Source: Octopus sinensis (taxonomy: Eukaryota). From it: a stretch of DNA of 64,000 nucleotides. The stretch lies in assembly GCF_006345805.1 (NCBI RefSeq), contig NC_043017.1, forward strand, positions 28,954,001 to 29,018,000, read 5' to 3'. The translations under genes were made by a program, and so were the position numbers. Positions 24,361 through 38,386 of the stretch are shown here, piece after piece. A model generated the notes under the pieces. It had not been told where the DNA came from, searched no databases, and saw nothing but the letters and a program-made list of their open reading frames with translations. Each line of letters opens with the position of its first letter. The first letter of the stretch is position 1.

Positions 24361-25144
24361 GTGTCCGTGTTTGTAAACGCAATAAAACTGAAGTTTAAGT
24401 GTTTGCCAGGCAACCGTAAGTTCGCGGTTTCTGTCCCTTTGTTTGGTATTTTTGGCAATTTTCTTTATATTTGAAAAAAAATGTAAGAGACACTGTCGCT
24501 TGGATTCTATCTGTTGTTCAAATATTGCAACCTTATCACACATTGTACCACTATAATCACTGCTTGACAATTACATTAATAAAACATAGGTCTGCGGAAC
24601 ACACAGCCACGGACGTGTCACAGAAAGAGCATGCATTTCAGTTGATCGAACTAAACAGTCATCTTCGAAAAACGGAGAGGCCGTATGGATGTATGTGCAA
24701 TGTTTTGGTAAGCGGTGTAGAATTGTACAATTCTGTAAATATTAATAATAATAATAATAATTTTTAAAGCTTAAATCTCAGAAGCCATCACCGTGTATTG
24801 ACTAAAAGAAATAGTCGAATATTGGGGATTGTAAACCCTTGAAGGAAAAAATTTGTGAGTTTTCTGTACGCGTTGGATACGAACTTACATCGTTATGTTT
24901 TTTTTTGGGGGGGGGGGGCGACAAGTCTGCTAATATTTTACGCCAGCGTACCCATCTACTCTTTCAGATTAAGAACTATAATTCCATAGAATTGTTTTTT
25001 TTATGAACAAATTAGCCTGTGCGTTTTCTACGATAGTTAGGTAAGCGGTTCTTAAGCTGACAGGAAGGGGTAGGTGGGTGCGTTGGTGTAAATTATAGAC
25101 TACTTTCTTTAGGCAATATACGGAGATCTTTTTTAAGCTTAAAA

Positions 25145-25194
<50 letters not shown>

Positions 25195-25305
25195 ATAGTA
25201 ATGCAATACGAGAGTATTGCTTTCCAGTAAAGGATAGCCCAGTAAATATCGGTGCTTCGTTGTACCATTTATTTACTTTTATATATATATATATAGATAT
25301 TTGTG

Positions 25306-25349
<44 letters not shown>

Positions 25350-25539
25350 GATATGTATGTATATATATAATATTCTGAGAGAGAGGGGGGAAAGAGAGAT
25401 AAGAGATAGGTACAGAGATGGGGAAAAGACGGAAAAGAAACTGAAAACATATTGTCTCCAATTTAATATGTGTATATGTATAAATATCTATACATGTGTT
25501 TGTGTGCGTGTACGGGCGCGCGTACACGTTATTTTACAA

Positions 25540-26515
25540 CGGTGGGGGTCAAAAGTGAATATGGAATGACTATGGGAGACTTCACTTGAAAATAGACAAG
25601 ATTTGGAATCGTGGTGTTATAAAGAAACTGCAGAAAAAACGTATTCGACAACAAGAGCATTCTTATTTCTTTATTTCTTTACTACCCACAAGGGGCTAAA
25701 CATAGAGAGGACAAACAAGGACAGACAGATGGATTAAGTCGATTATATCGAACCCAGTGCTAACTGGTACTTATTTAATCGACCCCGAATGGATGAAAGG
25801 CAAAGTCGGCTTCGGCGGAATTTGAACTCACAACGTAACGCAGACGAAATACCGCTAAGCATTTCGCCCGGCGTGCTAACGTTTCTGCCAGCTCGCTGCA
25901 TTCTTGTTGAAGTGGTTTCTACATTAGAGGATGATGCTGCAGGTTTATGAACAGTGCAAAAATAGGCTGCTGAGTTTAGGAGAGGATGGGAGAGTTTTGA
26001 AGATGACCCGGAGTTTGGACGTCCTGTAAATGTTGCCACGGAGGAAAACATTGATCGTGTTCACTACATGCTGATGAATGACAGGCAATTGACTATAATT
26101 CAAATAGCCAATGGTCTTAGTATATTTCGTGAGAGAGTCGAGAATATTCTTGTAGAATGGCTGTGCGTGGCTGTGGCCCTGGACTGGTTAATTTGACTCT
26201 GTTTTTCAAATTTGGCTCTATTTGAATATTATTATACTCAAGATGAAGAAACACACGCCTGGGAATCAGTATCGCAGGGATGATGACGTCATATCTGCTT
26301 TTGACTGTTTTGATTAATAAGATGAAAGCTTTTTCACCAATGTGATCCAAGCATTGGAACAGCGATGGAGGAATTGTGTAAACCGCAGGTGAGAATTGGG
26401 GCTTTTGCTGAAAAATAAACCTCATTTGAAAATAAATACACTTCATTTGAAAAAAAACGTCATTCCAGGAGTATCTTGGAAAGCCTGTGAAATTTTCAAT
26501 TGATTCTCAGGTTCG
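25540..26515 (+). mobile_element. Internally deleted, decayed mariner transposon
   Basis: N-terminus DKIWNRGVIKKLQKK..[SINE]..VVSTLEDDAAGL*TVQK*AAEFRRGWESFEDDPEFGRPVNVATEENIDRVHYMLMNDRQLTIIQIANGLSIFRERVENIL (HTH region) joined to C-terminus KMKKHTPGNQYRRDDDVISAF..DESFFTNVIQALEQRWRNCV. The catalytic core is mostly deleted; termini are approximate. Confidence 0.88.
25665..25897 (-). mobile_element. SINE family B monomer inserted in the mariner ORF
   Basis: TSD GCATTCTT at 25657-25664 and 25898-25905. Confidence 0.93.
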
Positions 26516-28074
26516 GGCACATGCTCTACTGCTTTGATCACAGATAAGTTCAGCGTCATTAATTCAAAGTGAAGAAGGTTTACCGTAAAGAAAGTTCACC
26601 ATGAGGAAAGTTTACAGAGAAAATATATTCATAGTATCACACCATTAATAGTTAAGTAAACTATTTTATTGAAAAACAAAATGTCGAATTGATGACGGTG
26701 AACTTATCAGACATGGGCTGGCTTATATCTACAAATAAAAAAGTTGTCTGTTATAAATGCTGTAGCTGATATGATGCGATAAATACATCCACTGGGCTAC
26801 TGTTGACGAGTGGAAGGTATGTAGGAGTATAAGAATGATAATGTATAAAATAACTTCAAATTATTGAACAATCATAAAAATTGAAAATATGTATGTGAGC
26901 GTGAGTGCGTCTGTGCGTATGTGCACACACATATACAGACTTAATATTTCTGTGCATGGTGCATTAGTGAAGCATAAATCTATGATGTGTTACTTAAGCA
27001 ATAATTCAATAATGTAATGTTATTGATGGTATATTATTTACTTTATTCTATATGTTAAGCTCGCTTGACTTTAGTCGGATGTTACAAGTGGTGAACATAT
27101 GATTGATCTGGATGCAATGGGAGCGGTCTTATGCGCGTCTATTCTTGTGGAATGACGTCGGTGACCTGATCTCTGGAAGCAATATTATAGTATTGATGGA
27201 TTAAGATATCTGACGGAAAATTCGCTTTCAATAATTATTCTTGTCTTCACTTTGAAAGCTGGATATAAGCGTTAGTTTAAATCTAACTTATGTAAACTAA
27301 GTGCTATTTCGCAATGTGCAACACCGTTCTGTATTTAGTTCCAGGTCTGCAGAGTCATATCAATTTATTTGAAAATTTAATGACGTAGATTTAACTGCTA
27401 TAATTAAGCACCTTTTTCTATTGAGGCTCTCTCAAGTGGCGGAATGGGCAGCAAACTCCCGATTCATCTCTCGAGAATACAATACGTTCTATCACGGTTC
27501 ATGATGGAATAGTATGTTTGCTTCTCATTATGAACCCTGTCATGTATCAGCTCAAGTGGTACTTAATTATATCGATTGAAAGCTACGATACACAAGAAGG
27601 ATTCCTCTTGCAAGATCGCACCAGCATCGGGATTTAGCAGTTAAATCTCACTCAAATTACACTGCACTATCATAAAAGGAGAGGATATTTATGGTTTGAA
27701 GGTCTTCTTCTGATGTTATATTGATTGCTCTATATTACCAAATTGTTCCCAAAGAAAATTTATGTTCAAATGTATTCGGGTCCATCTTTACCCCGTGTTT
27801 CATAATACACAGCTAACACCAAATTATGTATAGTACCAAATGAACTATATTCCTCAATGTGGAGTTCCTGCATCACCATCTTTTGCTTCATAACCATCTT
27901 TTTGAAAAGATGGTGATGAAGAAGCTTCATCTCCTATTTCTATTAGAATAAATAACATCTTGTAGTAGGTATGGTAACCTTTCTCGATAAGGCAACCGCA
28001 TGAGAAATGATGCCTCGTCAGTGAACTCCTCTAAATAATAAAAATTATTTTTATTATTTCAACTATAAGTATAA

Positions 28075-28225
28075 AGCCTCAAATTTTGTGATAGGGACTA
28101 GTCTACAACATATAAAACCAGTGTACAAAAGGTAATTCTTCTATCGACCCCCCAGAGGTCGAAAGGCAAAATCGACTTTGATGGAATTTGAACTCCGAAC
28201 GAAAATACAGGAAAAATGTCGCTAA
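28075..28225 (-). mobile_element. Old SINE B2 fragment
   Basis: Degenerate GAAAGGCAAAATCGAC..GGAATTTGAACTC core. Confidence 0.6.
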
Positions 28226-28819
28226 TTAATTTCATGCAGTCTCTCTTAGATACCTATGCATATAGATAAATATATATGTATATATGAATGTATTCGTATA
28301 CACAAACACGCACACATATACAAACATACATATATTTATATATCTGTTAACTAAAATCATCTACACACATCTAAATATATGTATGCTTGTATATGAATGC
28401 AAATGTATCTCTCTCTATATATATAAGTATAAATATATGTGTGTGTGTGTGTCCGAGACATTGCTGGTTTTGTCAGCGTGTCGCCTTATGCTAATAACAT
28501 TGAAGTTTTCGTTACCTCTTCCTTCAATATCGTTCAGAAAACGGCGTATGATATGCGTTCAAAGGGTTCTTCTTTCCCGGAGATGGTTTTAGGCAAGACC
28601 TTGATAATGTCTCAAATTTAATTAAAGATGGCCCTTTCTCCGTCCCATTTCCAGTTTCCACAAACTTGATTCTCGGGGATCTAACGCTTTGTCAGAAATG
28701 ATAAATTTTGTCATTTATAGTACGAAATTTATTAATTTTCTAGAAGGACGAAAATTAAAATAAACCACGTATTTGCAAATCTACCCTACCATGCCATCTC
28801 CTATTCTTTATTCTTTTTT

Positions 28820-28988
28820 TCTTTTTCAGGTTTTATACTGGAGGACCGCTTAATTTTTTTATCGCTTTTGCTCGAGCCGCTAAGTTACTAGGACTTAAAC
28901 ACACTACCATCGGTTGTTAAGCGATATTGGGTGGAAAACCACAGACACAAAAACACATACATACATATATACACACTCATATATATAT

Positions 28989-29071
<83 letters not shown>

Positions 29072-29230
29072 GACGGCTTCTTTCCAGTTCCGTCTACCAA
29101 ATTCAATCACAAGACATTGGTTAGCCCGACGCTATAGTAGAAGACACCTGCCCAAGGTGCCATGTAGTGGGACTGAACTGAGAACCATGTTGTTGGGAAG
29201 CAAGCTTCTTACCACATACCCACGCCTGCG
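28820..29230 (-). mobile_element. SINE family A, diverged
   Basis: Recognisable head, body and internal microsatellite; decayed tail. Confidence 0.85.
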
Positions 29231-30519
29231 GACTCCGCAACTTACCTACTGAAAAGAGCATGACTTCTCCCGTGAGACGATCTAGGCATACAAAAATGTC
29301 CAGCTACAAGCATGAAACACAACAAAACCTGTAGGGGTATCATCTTTTATAAGGTCGTGTGTTATTTTATACTCAATAGCAAGATATACGTTAAACAAGT
29401 AAGTATTGCATCGCCATAGCACAACGTACATTTCAATACATCTTATGTTTTGATGCAACATACATTCTGCTAAACTGAGACACACTTATCGGGAGTGTTA
29501 GAGAGTATAAAGTGCAGTAAACACTATTTATTCAGCAGGAAATAGCCTAATTTCATGTATACATTGAATAGAAATATACAAAAAGCACGCTCGCTCACGC
29601 ACACACACACATATATTTATAGTTATATATAAAGAGAGAGATACGTGTGCATTCATATACACGCATACATATATTTTGATGCGTGTAGATAATTTTAGTT
29701 AACAGATATATAAATATATGTATGTTTGTGTGTGTGTGTGTGTGATTGTCTGTGTGTGTATACACATACATTTATATTTACATATTTGTTTATCTATATG
29801 CCTTTGTATCTAAGGGAGATTGCATGAAAATATTAAAATGCGTGGTACATAAAAAACCGAAACCTTTTCGACACGCGATTGAAGCTAGTAGCATTTCCTT
29901 TCGTCTTGACTCAATAATCGCGAGTAGGTTCTCTTATTTTTGCTGACAATTAAATGCAGAATCATCAATTCAATGCTATCCTCTCAAAAAATAAATTATA
30001 TTTCATTTAATTTTTACAATTTTAATTTAGAAACAATAAAAAAATAGAAAATTGAATAATGCATTTTTCGAAGTCTGCATTGTTTCTGGCAGCTTAGCTT
30101 CATTCTATAGAATAGTTAAAAACATTATATTGTCATTACATCAATATCTCTAGCTCTAGGAATATTCATGTTTAATATTCGTGATAATTTTCTTCATAGC
30201 TCTCCTAATAGCAAGAGTTATCTTAAAATCTATTAATTCATACTGTTGTATGGATTACTTTGTTTGAAATATTTACTTATATCCCTCTCAGCAATTCTAA
30301 GCTTAATGTATTTATACGAACATATATGTATGATTGCATGTATTCTTATGTATGTAAAATATGTACATGTGTATATCTTTATGTAAGACTGGAGAAAATG
30401 TAACGATATGTATATAAAATTGTGTGTATATGTATGTGTTTGTGTATATGCGAATGTGTGTGCGTGCTCGCGCACGTGTCGTGTGTGTGTGTAAAGGTCC
30501 TGGCTTTAAGGCCATCATG

Positions 30520-32650
30520 TAAAGCCTGTATGGACGCCCAACCTTCTGACTGCTTTTACAGGGCTTAGAAAGGATTGTAGTTATAAGTGTGCGAATCTAA
30601 GAGGGAAATATATTGAGTAAAATCATAATTAACTGATTCCCCTGCATTCTCTTTTTCCCAAAGCCAGGATCTTTTCAGCCCTCCCCAACCCTTGTACACT
30701 CAATAATTATTCAAGAAAAAATTCAACAAGTTCTTTAACCGTTTTGGATTAAGTATTTCAATTGAAACAGAGCATAACTCAGTTACGTTTTTAGACCTGA
30801 ATTTTAATCTTAATGCTGGAAAACATGAGCCATACCATAAATCTAACTCTAGAATGACTTACATTAAGATATAAAGTAATCACCCGAAGTCTATTACTGA
30901 TTATTTAGTTAATAACGTGAAACAAAAACCCCAATAAATTGCCTCTCCTTTGATGTAGATATCTTTAACGACAACAAAGAATTATATAATATTGCATATA
31001 GTAAAGCAAGGTACGTACAGAAAATTATATATGTTAAGCATGGTTCACATACGATTAATAACAAACAAACGTCTACAAGAAGGAAAATATAACCTTCATA
31101 CAAAAGACACTTAGCAGTGAAGCTATGATTAATACAATAAATAAAGGTAAAGCAGCTAATAGATTAGACAATAACTATGTAACTATGTACTGAACAAAAA
31201 TAACCAACATAGGAACAGCGGAGTAGAAACGACAAAGATAAGACCTAAGACGCATATTCTTATAGTGATAATAACAACATCAACGTACATATATTGCATA
31301 CTAAGCACACTAAGCACGTTATGACCAAAATCAGACTAATATAAATAATAAGTCAGCCATTGATCAGATCAATAGGAACATGGGACCTTAGAATAACAAT
31401 TCCAATATCAACACTAATTACAAATTAAGAAGAAAAAATAAAAATTACATACTATATATAAAATTCACTATAACAAACTATGTTAATCTTAAATTCTAGT
31501 AAAAATAAGATACGGAGAATATTATCTGCTTAATATTGCCCTTCGCTAAACAAGAAAAAATTAACTTAATTAAAGTTATATGTCGGATAATAATCCAAAA
31601 TTTCTCTCCTAATAATAAAAAATATAGTGTCATAATTCAGAATAGACATTTTATATGTGGTCATTCGTTTCCCGAAATTTGTTTTGATATATATCTCTTA
31701 TGAATTATGTAAAATTAGATGTTTTTTACGCTAAGTGAAAACTTAATATTCCTAATAATAAACAAACACCTAGTGTACCGCATAAAGCCAAATCCAAATA
31801 TTCAATTATAAACGATCAAAGGGAGGCTACTACCCATAACCCATCTACTAATTCTAGTGATAATCTTAGTAAATTCTATGATTGTAGGGTTAATGAGCAA
31901 TGTAAAATTAATAATTTTTGCAAACGGAAGGATTTCGTATACCAAGCTATAGTAGAAGGTCTTTTTCTACATTGGTTCTACGGAATCATATATGAAATTT
32001 AGATTGGCTAACCATGAATATTCTTTTAGAAATCCCAGTAAACGCCCTTCGACTAGTCTTAGTAAATTCATCTAGTGATTAAAAGACAGTAATATCAGTT
32101 TTAAATTAGATGTAAGATTATATGTTCTGCAAAATCTTATACATAGAAATTGTGAATTCTACACTTCAGAGTGCTATAACATTTTTTCTACTAAATAATT
32201 ATTAAACGAGAGAGCTGAAAAATTATCGGCTTGTCTACACACTCCTAAATATTTATTTTATAAATATCATTAATCATTCTTTAAATATTACTAACACTAA
32301 GTGTTTTGGTTTCTTCTTAACCATGAATATTATAATTAAATTTGAAACTGAGTTAATTAGATCATTTATTAGAACACATTTATAATTTTATATAATATAA
32401 AATACATAATATCTTGCCTAAATAAGGTTATTTGTAACATATGCATTATATATATAAATGTGTGTATTCCAGCGATTTTATTTCTTTCGTAATATATATA
32501 AGTAATATCTCATTAACTATAAATTCCTAGCATGTGTGATATTTCTTTATTATTTTCACAGAGTAAATTAAGTTAAATTATAATTCAGATTTGATAAATA
32601 TTCTTTAAATAGTAACAATTATTTTATCTACTAAATAGTTCTAATGTAAA
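30520..32650 (+). mobile_element. Penelope-like retroelement relic (RT C-terminal half, linker, GIY-YIG endonuclease, AT-rich 3' flank)
   Basis: In order, with stops and frameshifts: VCE..YILSKI; KKKFNKFFNRFGLSISIETEHNSVTFLDLNFNLNAGKHEPYHKSN (about 30720-30850); SNHPKSI; DIFNDNKELYN; NIICLILPFAK (about 31518); CRVNEQCKINNFCKRKDFVYQAIV (31883); FYIGSTESYMKFRLANHEYSFRN..STSLSKFI**LKD; LLNERAEKLSACLH..* (ends 32273). Confidence 0.9.
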
Positions 32651-32659
32651 CTACTTTAA

Positions 32660-32820
32660 AGGAGGTGCGCTGGCAGAATTGTTAGCACGCCGGGCGAAAT
32701 GCTTCGCGGTATTTCGTCTGCTGTTACGTTCTGAGTTCAAATTCCGCCGAGGTCGACTTTGCCTTTCAAGGAAAAGTGTAGGCAGCGAGCTGGCAGAAAC
32801 GTTAGCACGTCGGGACGTGT
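32660..32820 (+). mobile_element. SINE family B, two 5' fragments
   Basis: Head plus core to GCCTTTCA, then a second head GGCAGCGAGCTGGCAGAAACGTTAGCACG. Confidence 0.85.
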
Positions 32821-32886
32821 TGCAGGTGGGGCGGCGTCTTGCCCCATGCACTTGTTCCGCCTGCGGTAATATTCGAAAATGCTTCT

Positions 32887-33058
32887 GCAGGAGTGGCTGT
32901 GTGGTAAATAGCTCGCTAACCAGCCACATGGTTCCGGGTTCAGTCCCACTGCGTGGCATCTTGGGCAAGTGTCTTCTGCTATAGCCCCGGGACGACCAAT
33001 GCCTTGTGAGTGGATTTGGTAGACGGAAACTGAAAGAAGCCTGTCATATATATGTATG

Positions 33059-33093
<35 letters not shown>

Positions 33094-33309
33094 TTGTGTG
33101 TCTGTGTTTTCCCCCCTAGCATTGCTTGACAACCGATGCTGGTGTGTTTGCGTCCCCGTCACTTAGCGGTTTGGCAAAAAGAGACCGATAGAATAAGTAC
33201 TGGGCTTATAAAGAATAAGTCCCGGGGTCGATTTGCTCGACTAAAGGCGGTGCCCCGGCATGGCCGCAGTCAAATGACTGAAACAAGTAAAAGAGAAAGA
33301 GAAAGAGAG
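32887..33309 (+). mobile_element. SINE family A, near full length
   Basis: Matches the consensus. Confidence 0.93.
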
Positions 33310-33854
33310 GTCTATCCGAAGAATGTGGAATTCCAAACTTGTAGTAATTCGTAGGTTATTTCTTTAGATGAGTCCATTGCTGCCCAACTTTTAATATATT
33401 CCTATAGATAAAACGAACTACTACATTATCCGTGTATTATCAGGTGGAACCTTATCCGTATTAGCAACATAGTCGGTTTTATATAATAGTATACATCCAG
33501 TGCTTTCCGTTTCATCTCTTTATTCCATTCTAAGCAGTAGCCGTGTTTCTTTCATTCCCCATTACAAAATTATATCCAATAACTGCCCATCACTACCTGC
33601 TACCGATTGCATAGATAAGAGGGATTATACACGTACATGCAAGTTGCATCGTTCGAAAGACTTGTTGAAACGATTGTTTAGGGTTTTCGGTAAAATATTG
33701 CACTAATTTGCATTATTATAGCTTCTATTTTTTTTCTAACAGGATGGAATATTACCGACGCCTCCGTTTATTGAAACTATCGAGGCTGGATAATAGAATT
33801 GTTATTGTTAAAGACGTCAATCACACAGACAACAACACACACATGGATGTGTTT

Positions 33855-33857
<3 letters not shown>

Positions 33858-33938
<81 letters not shown>

Positions 33939-33961
33939 ATACATATACATTCATGTTTGTG

Positions 33962-33995
<34 letters not shown>

Positions 33996-34005
33996 TATAT
34001 ATATA

Positions 34006-34098
<93 letters not shown>

Positions 34099-34189
34099 CT
34101 ATATATATATATATTTAATTTGCCTCTACGGCTCATAACTCGCTTGCCACACGTGATGGCATTTTAATAATACCATCCCTTCATATGAG

Positions 34190-34221
<32 letters not shown>

Positions 34222-34228
34222 ATATATA

Positions 34229-34273
<45 letters not shown>

Positions 34274-34400
34274 ATATATACTCATATATATACATGTATA
34301 AACATGCATATAGGTATATATCCATGCATATGTGTATGCGTATGTATATGCTTAAGTATGTATGCATCCCCGTATGCAGGTATGTATGTGTATGTATGTA
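33858..34400. repeat. TA/TG/TATG microsatellite cluster
   Basis: Direct repeats. Confidence 0.93.
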
Positions 34401-34807
34401 TGATTGTACGTAAATTGTTAGGTTCCTTATATCACTTGATCCAATCTGCACCTGCCCTGATATATTTTTCGTTTTATCACCATAAGCAATCAACTCCTGT
34501 CTCTCAGCGTTAGGACTACATAATGCTGCGAATAGGTTCTTCACTATCAAAGTATCGAATAAATTCTGGTAACCAATTTATGACATGCTACGTATAACAT
34601 TCCACGAACACAAATACGCCTTTTTTTATGACGTTCTTTAATCTTCCTATTAGTTATTAACGATGTTTATTAGTCACGCTTTTCTGTACAACTTAATAAA
34701 TTTGATTTTTTCTCAGATGAGCAATCTGTTGATAACTAGATGCAGTCACATGTATCACACACACCAATTCATTCAGGCGTACACACATATGCACACACAT
34801 ACATGAG

Positions 34808-35030
34808 TGGAGATACATGGCTTAGTGGTTAGAGCAGTGAACTGGTGTTTCGTCTGCCGCTACGTTCTGAGTTCAAATTCCGCCGAGGTCGACTTTGCCT
34901 TTCATCCTTTCTGGGTCGATAAACTAATTACCTGTTACGCACTTGAGTCGATGTAATCGACTTAATCCGTTTGTCTGTCCTTGTTTGTCTCCTCTATGTT
35001 TGGCCCCTTGTGGGCAGTAAAGAAGTAAGA
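34808..35030 (+). mobile_element. SINE B body preceded by a short different tRNA-like head
   Basis: GGAGATACATGGCTTAGTGGTTAGAGCAG followed by the B body from GTTTCGTCTGCCGCTACG. Confidence 0.8.
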
Positions 35031-35759
35031 TAGTTGTTCAGAAACATAGACCTCAACTAATATTTATCTAAGTATATGAGGCTTAAATAATTGGTTAATA
35101 AAAGTTTTACACCTGACGAATGAACAAAGATTTCACATAGAAATTGAACAAAATAAAAGAAATACAACTGAATACAATAAAATATTTATTTTTCATACTC
35201 TCAATGACAAAAATCCAGATGGCGTCATGTGAAATATTCGGTTCCGGATCTTCCTACTGACTTGATGCGGAGGAAACACGCTTCTGTATTGATGATCAAT
35301 ACATAAAGAGACATAAATATCAAGAACAGTATAATTTTATATGAAACAAACAATATTTTATTTTAAAACCTAATATTTAGTTAACGCTGTCCAAATTTTG
35401 TAATAGTGGTAATTATTTTAATAAATTATTCGCTCTCAACTGTCACGAACAAGTATAAAAATTATATACATCTTCCTATCCTACGTGCTGTGCAAAGAAG
35501 CAGGCACTGGTTCTGTGAAAGCTGATGGTTACGAACAGATGTCTCACCTGAATCATTATCGCAGAAAACGAATAAACAAAAACAAAAAAACAAAAAAAAC
35601 TATCGCTGTTGCAATATATGAGGTGAGGTAGCGTTAGTGAATGAAGAGTAGTTATATATTATACAAAAAGTATTCAATACAAGAACTCAATCATTTGTGG
35701 TGAAATTACAAGAATCTTATAAATTAATCATTCACTTTCACTGCCAAATGGAAATATAT

Positions 35760-35797
<38 letters not shown>

Positions 35798-35812
35798 CAC
35801 AACACACAAACA

Positions 35813-35870
<58 letters not shown>

Positions 35871-35872
<2 letters not shown>

Positions 35873-36032
35873 CACCGTGATCACCGTGACCAACCAGGCT
35901 ATCAGATGCTGCAACACATTGCTGGTCACAATGCGCTTCGCGTTGTTTTAGCCTTCAAATGACGCCACCCCGCTGGCTAAGCGAGCAGGCCAACACAAGA
36001 AAGAGTGAGAGAAAGTTTTGGTGAAAGAGTAC
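35871..36032 (-). mobile_element. SINE family C-related 3' fragment, tail type 3
   Basis: Shares GAAAGAGTGAGAGAAAGTT..GGTGAAAGAGTAC with family C, then a distinct tail ending in (ATCACCGTG)n. Confidence 0.65.
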
Positions 36033-36636
36033 CCCTGTGGGTTCTTGACGACATTTATTTTATATCACACAGAATATTTCACAAGTGGATATTTTGGCTG
36101 AATGGCGGATAAATTTTAGTTGTGAAACACGAGTTTGGAAATTGTAACAACGTTATACTGATATGAGATAAGGATATTTAAACGTCTTTATTATTATTGA
36201 TCAAAGAGTTATTTATCCAAATAACTAACGGTTCAATATATTTAACATTCCGTTAATCAATCAATCAGTTGTGTTTGCTAAACTCTTTTCATTGCAAAAT
36301 CTCTAATCACATAGCTTCATGGAACTGTCGCCACTGGCAACAACATAAATTTGAAAAGCACAGCAGATTGATTAATTAACCGAATGATTAATCAGTCGAT
36401 CGATTACTTAACTGGTTAGATAGTCATACTTTGATGAATAATAATTAAGAAGTGAATTCCAACCAGTTTGTGTGTTTATTATTGGCGCTATGACCCTTTC
36501 CAGGTACAACAAAACGAATCAACAGAGTAGTTAACGTCAAGTATTTTACGAACTAAATGGAAAACGATTAATATCCATTCACAAACATACAGACACACAC
36601 ACACACTCTCAAACAATTACCTATATATACATATAT

Positions 36637-36678
<42 letters not shown>

Positions 36679-36704
36679 TATATATATATATAATATATAT
36701 ATAT

Positions 36705-36903
36705 CAGTGGTTTTCAACCGGGGTTCCGCCAGTACAGTCTAGGGGTTCTGCAAGAAGTTACAAACTGCTAAATTCAGCAGTAATTTTTAAGTCTCCTGTG
36801 CAGATATGTGTGCATAAGACTATCAAATTATTGCACAGGGGTTTCTCGAGCCCGTAGAATGTATCCTTGGGGTTCCGCTCCAGCAAAAATTCGAAAAGCA
36901 CTG
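36705..36903. mobile_element. hAT-type MITE (199 bp)
   Basis: Imperfect TIRs CAGTGGTTTTCAA / TTCGAAAAGCACTG. Confidence 0.8.
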
Positions 36904-36905
36904 AT

Positions 36906-37137
36906 ATCTCTCTTTTACTCTTTTACTTGTTTCAGTCATTTGACTGCGGCCATGCTGGAGCACCGCCTTTAGTCGAGCAAATCGACCCCGGGAATTTTTC
37001 TTTGTAAGCCCAGTACTTATTCTATTGGTCTCTATTGCCGAACCGCTAAGTGACGGGGATGTAAACACACCAGCATCGGTTGTCATGCAATGCTAGAGGG
37101 ACAAACACAGACACACAAACAATATACATACACATAC

Positions 37138-37189
<52 letters not shown>

Positions 37190-37358
37190 TATATACGACA
37201 GGCTTCTTTCAGTTTCTGTCTACCAAATCCACTCACAAGGCATTGGTCGGCCCGGGGCTCTAGCAGAAGACATCTGCGCAAGATGCCACGCAGTGGGACT
37301 GAACCCAGAACTATGTGGCTGGTTAGCAAGCTACTTACCACACAGCCACTCCTGCGCC
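36906..37358 (-). mobile_element. SINE family A, full length
   Basis: Matches the consensus. Confidence 0.94.
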
Positions 37359-38324
37359 TATAGATATATATATAGGTAAATCCATATATATTTGTGTGTG
37401 TGTGTGTGTTTGTGATTATATGTTTTTGGTGCGTATGTGTGTAAATGGACGTATATACAACTGAGTGAACCGTCTCGTATTCCTGTAAGGTTCCGCATAA
37501 AAGATGACCGTCACGTTTGGGAGAAATGACACAATAATAGCATTTTTCTCACCATGGCAACCGTCTGGCTTCGAACTGAATCACTGCAACACACGAACAA
37601 TAATCATATTTGTATCAATAAATATTTACTATACTCTAATACTTGCACTGAGTAATTTCCCTCCTATTTGATACAGAAACGTATATCCATGTATACATGT
37701 GTAGGGGGAGGTGTATGCATTCTTGTGCATTAACACGTTTTCGAATAGCAATTGATTTTCACATATCATCAGATGTATTCATGTAAATTAAATGCTTATT
37801 CTGTAATAATTTCTCTTAGGTATATAAGCAATTGGCTTGAAATGTATTATAGAAGCAATCGCATTCTAAAGATTACATTTCATTTTCCCGCGTGTGATAG
37901 AATATCATTCAATCCAACAGTTTCAATAATCTTATTGATACTTCCAACTATAGTTAGAAGGAAAGAAAGAAAAAAAAAGACATCTCCTGATATTAATCTA
38001 TGTGTTTTAAATGAATATTAAAGCCCACTTTTGCCTTCTACCCAATGAAATTCACCCCATAAATACGTTTTATATTAAACCTAATGGGAACATAAAAATA
38101 AAGGATTTTGTGGCAAATTTCTGATCTATTTTCAATAACAGTTAATATTCTAGTTTCATGGCGCTATTTTTTCCCTCTTTTTTGTTCTCCGTATAGCTTA
38201 ATGTCAAATTAATGTCGTTCGCTCAATATGGTCTATATTGTGAATCTCTATGCTGTTTCTGTGTTTCTTCCTTTCGGTTACTACCGGAGATTAATTGGGA
38301 TTTGAATAAATTTCCTCATTTCAT

Positions 38325-38325
38325 A

Positions 38326-38386
<61 letters not shown>

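Noticed and set aside
24471-24767. ORF containing HLRKTERPYGC, resembling a C2H2 zinc-finger linker
   Set aside because: No correctly spaced Cys/His pairs on either side.
27975-28025. Minus-strand CTGACGA-GGCA..TGCC and plus-strand CTGATGAG at 41531 as hammerheads
   Set aside because: GAAA does not directly follow a paired stem II in either case.
30520-32650. Mitochondrial insertion (NUMT), suggested by AT richness and strand skew
   Set aside because: No mitochondrial gene motifs; plus-strand translation gives Penelope RT and GIY-YIG motifs in order.
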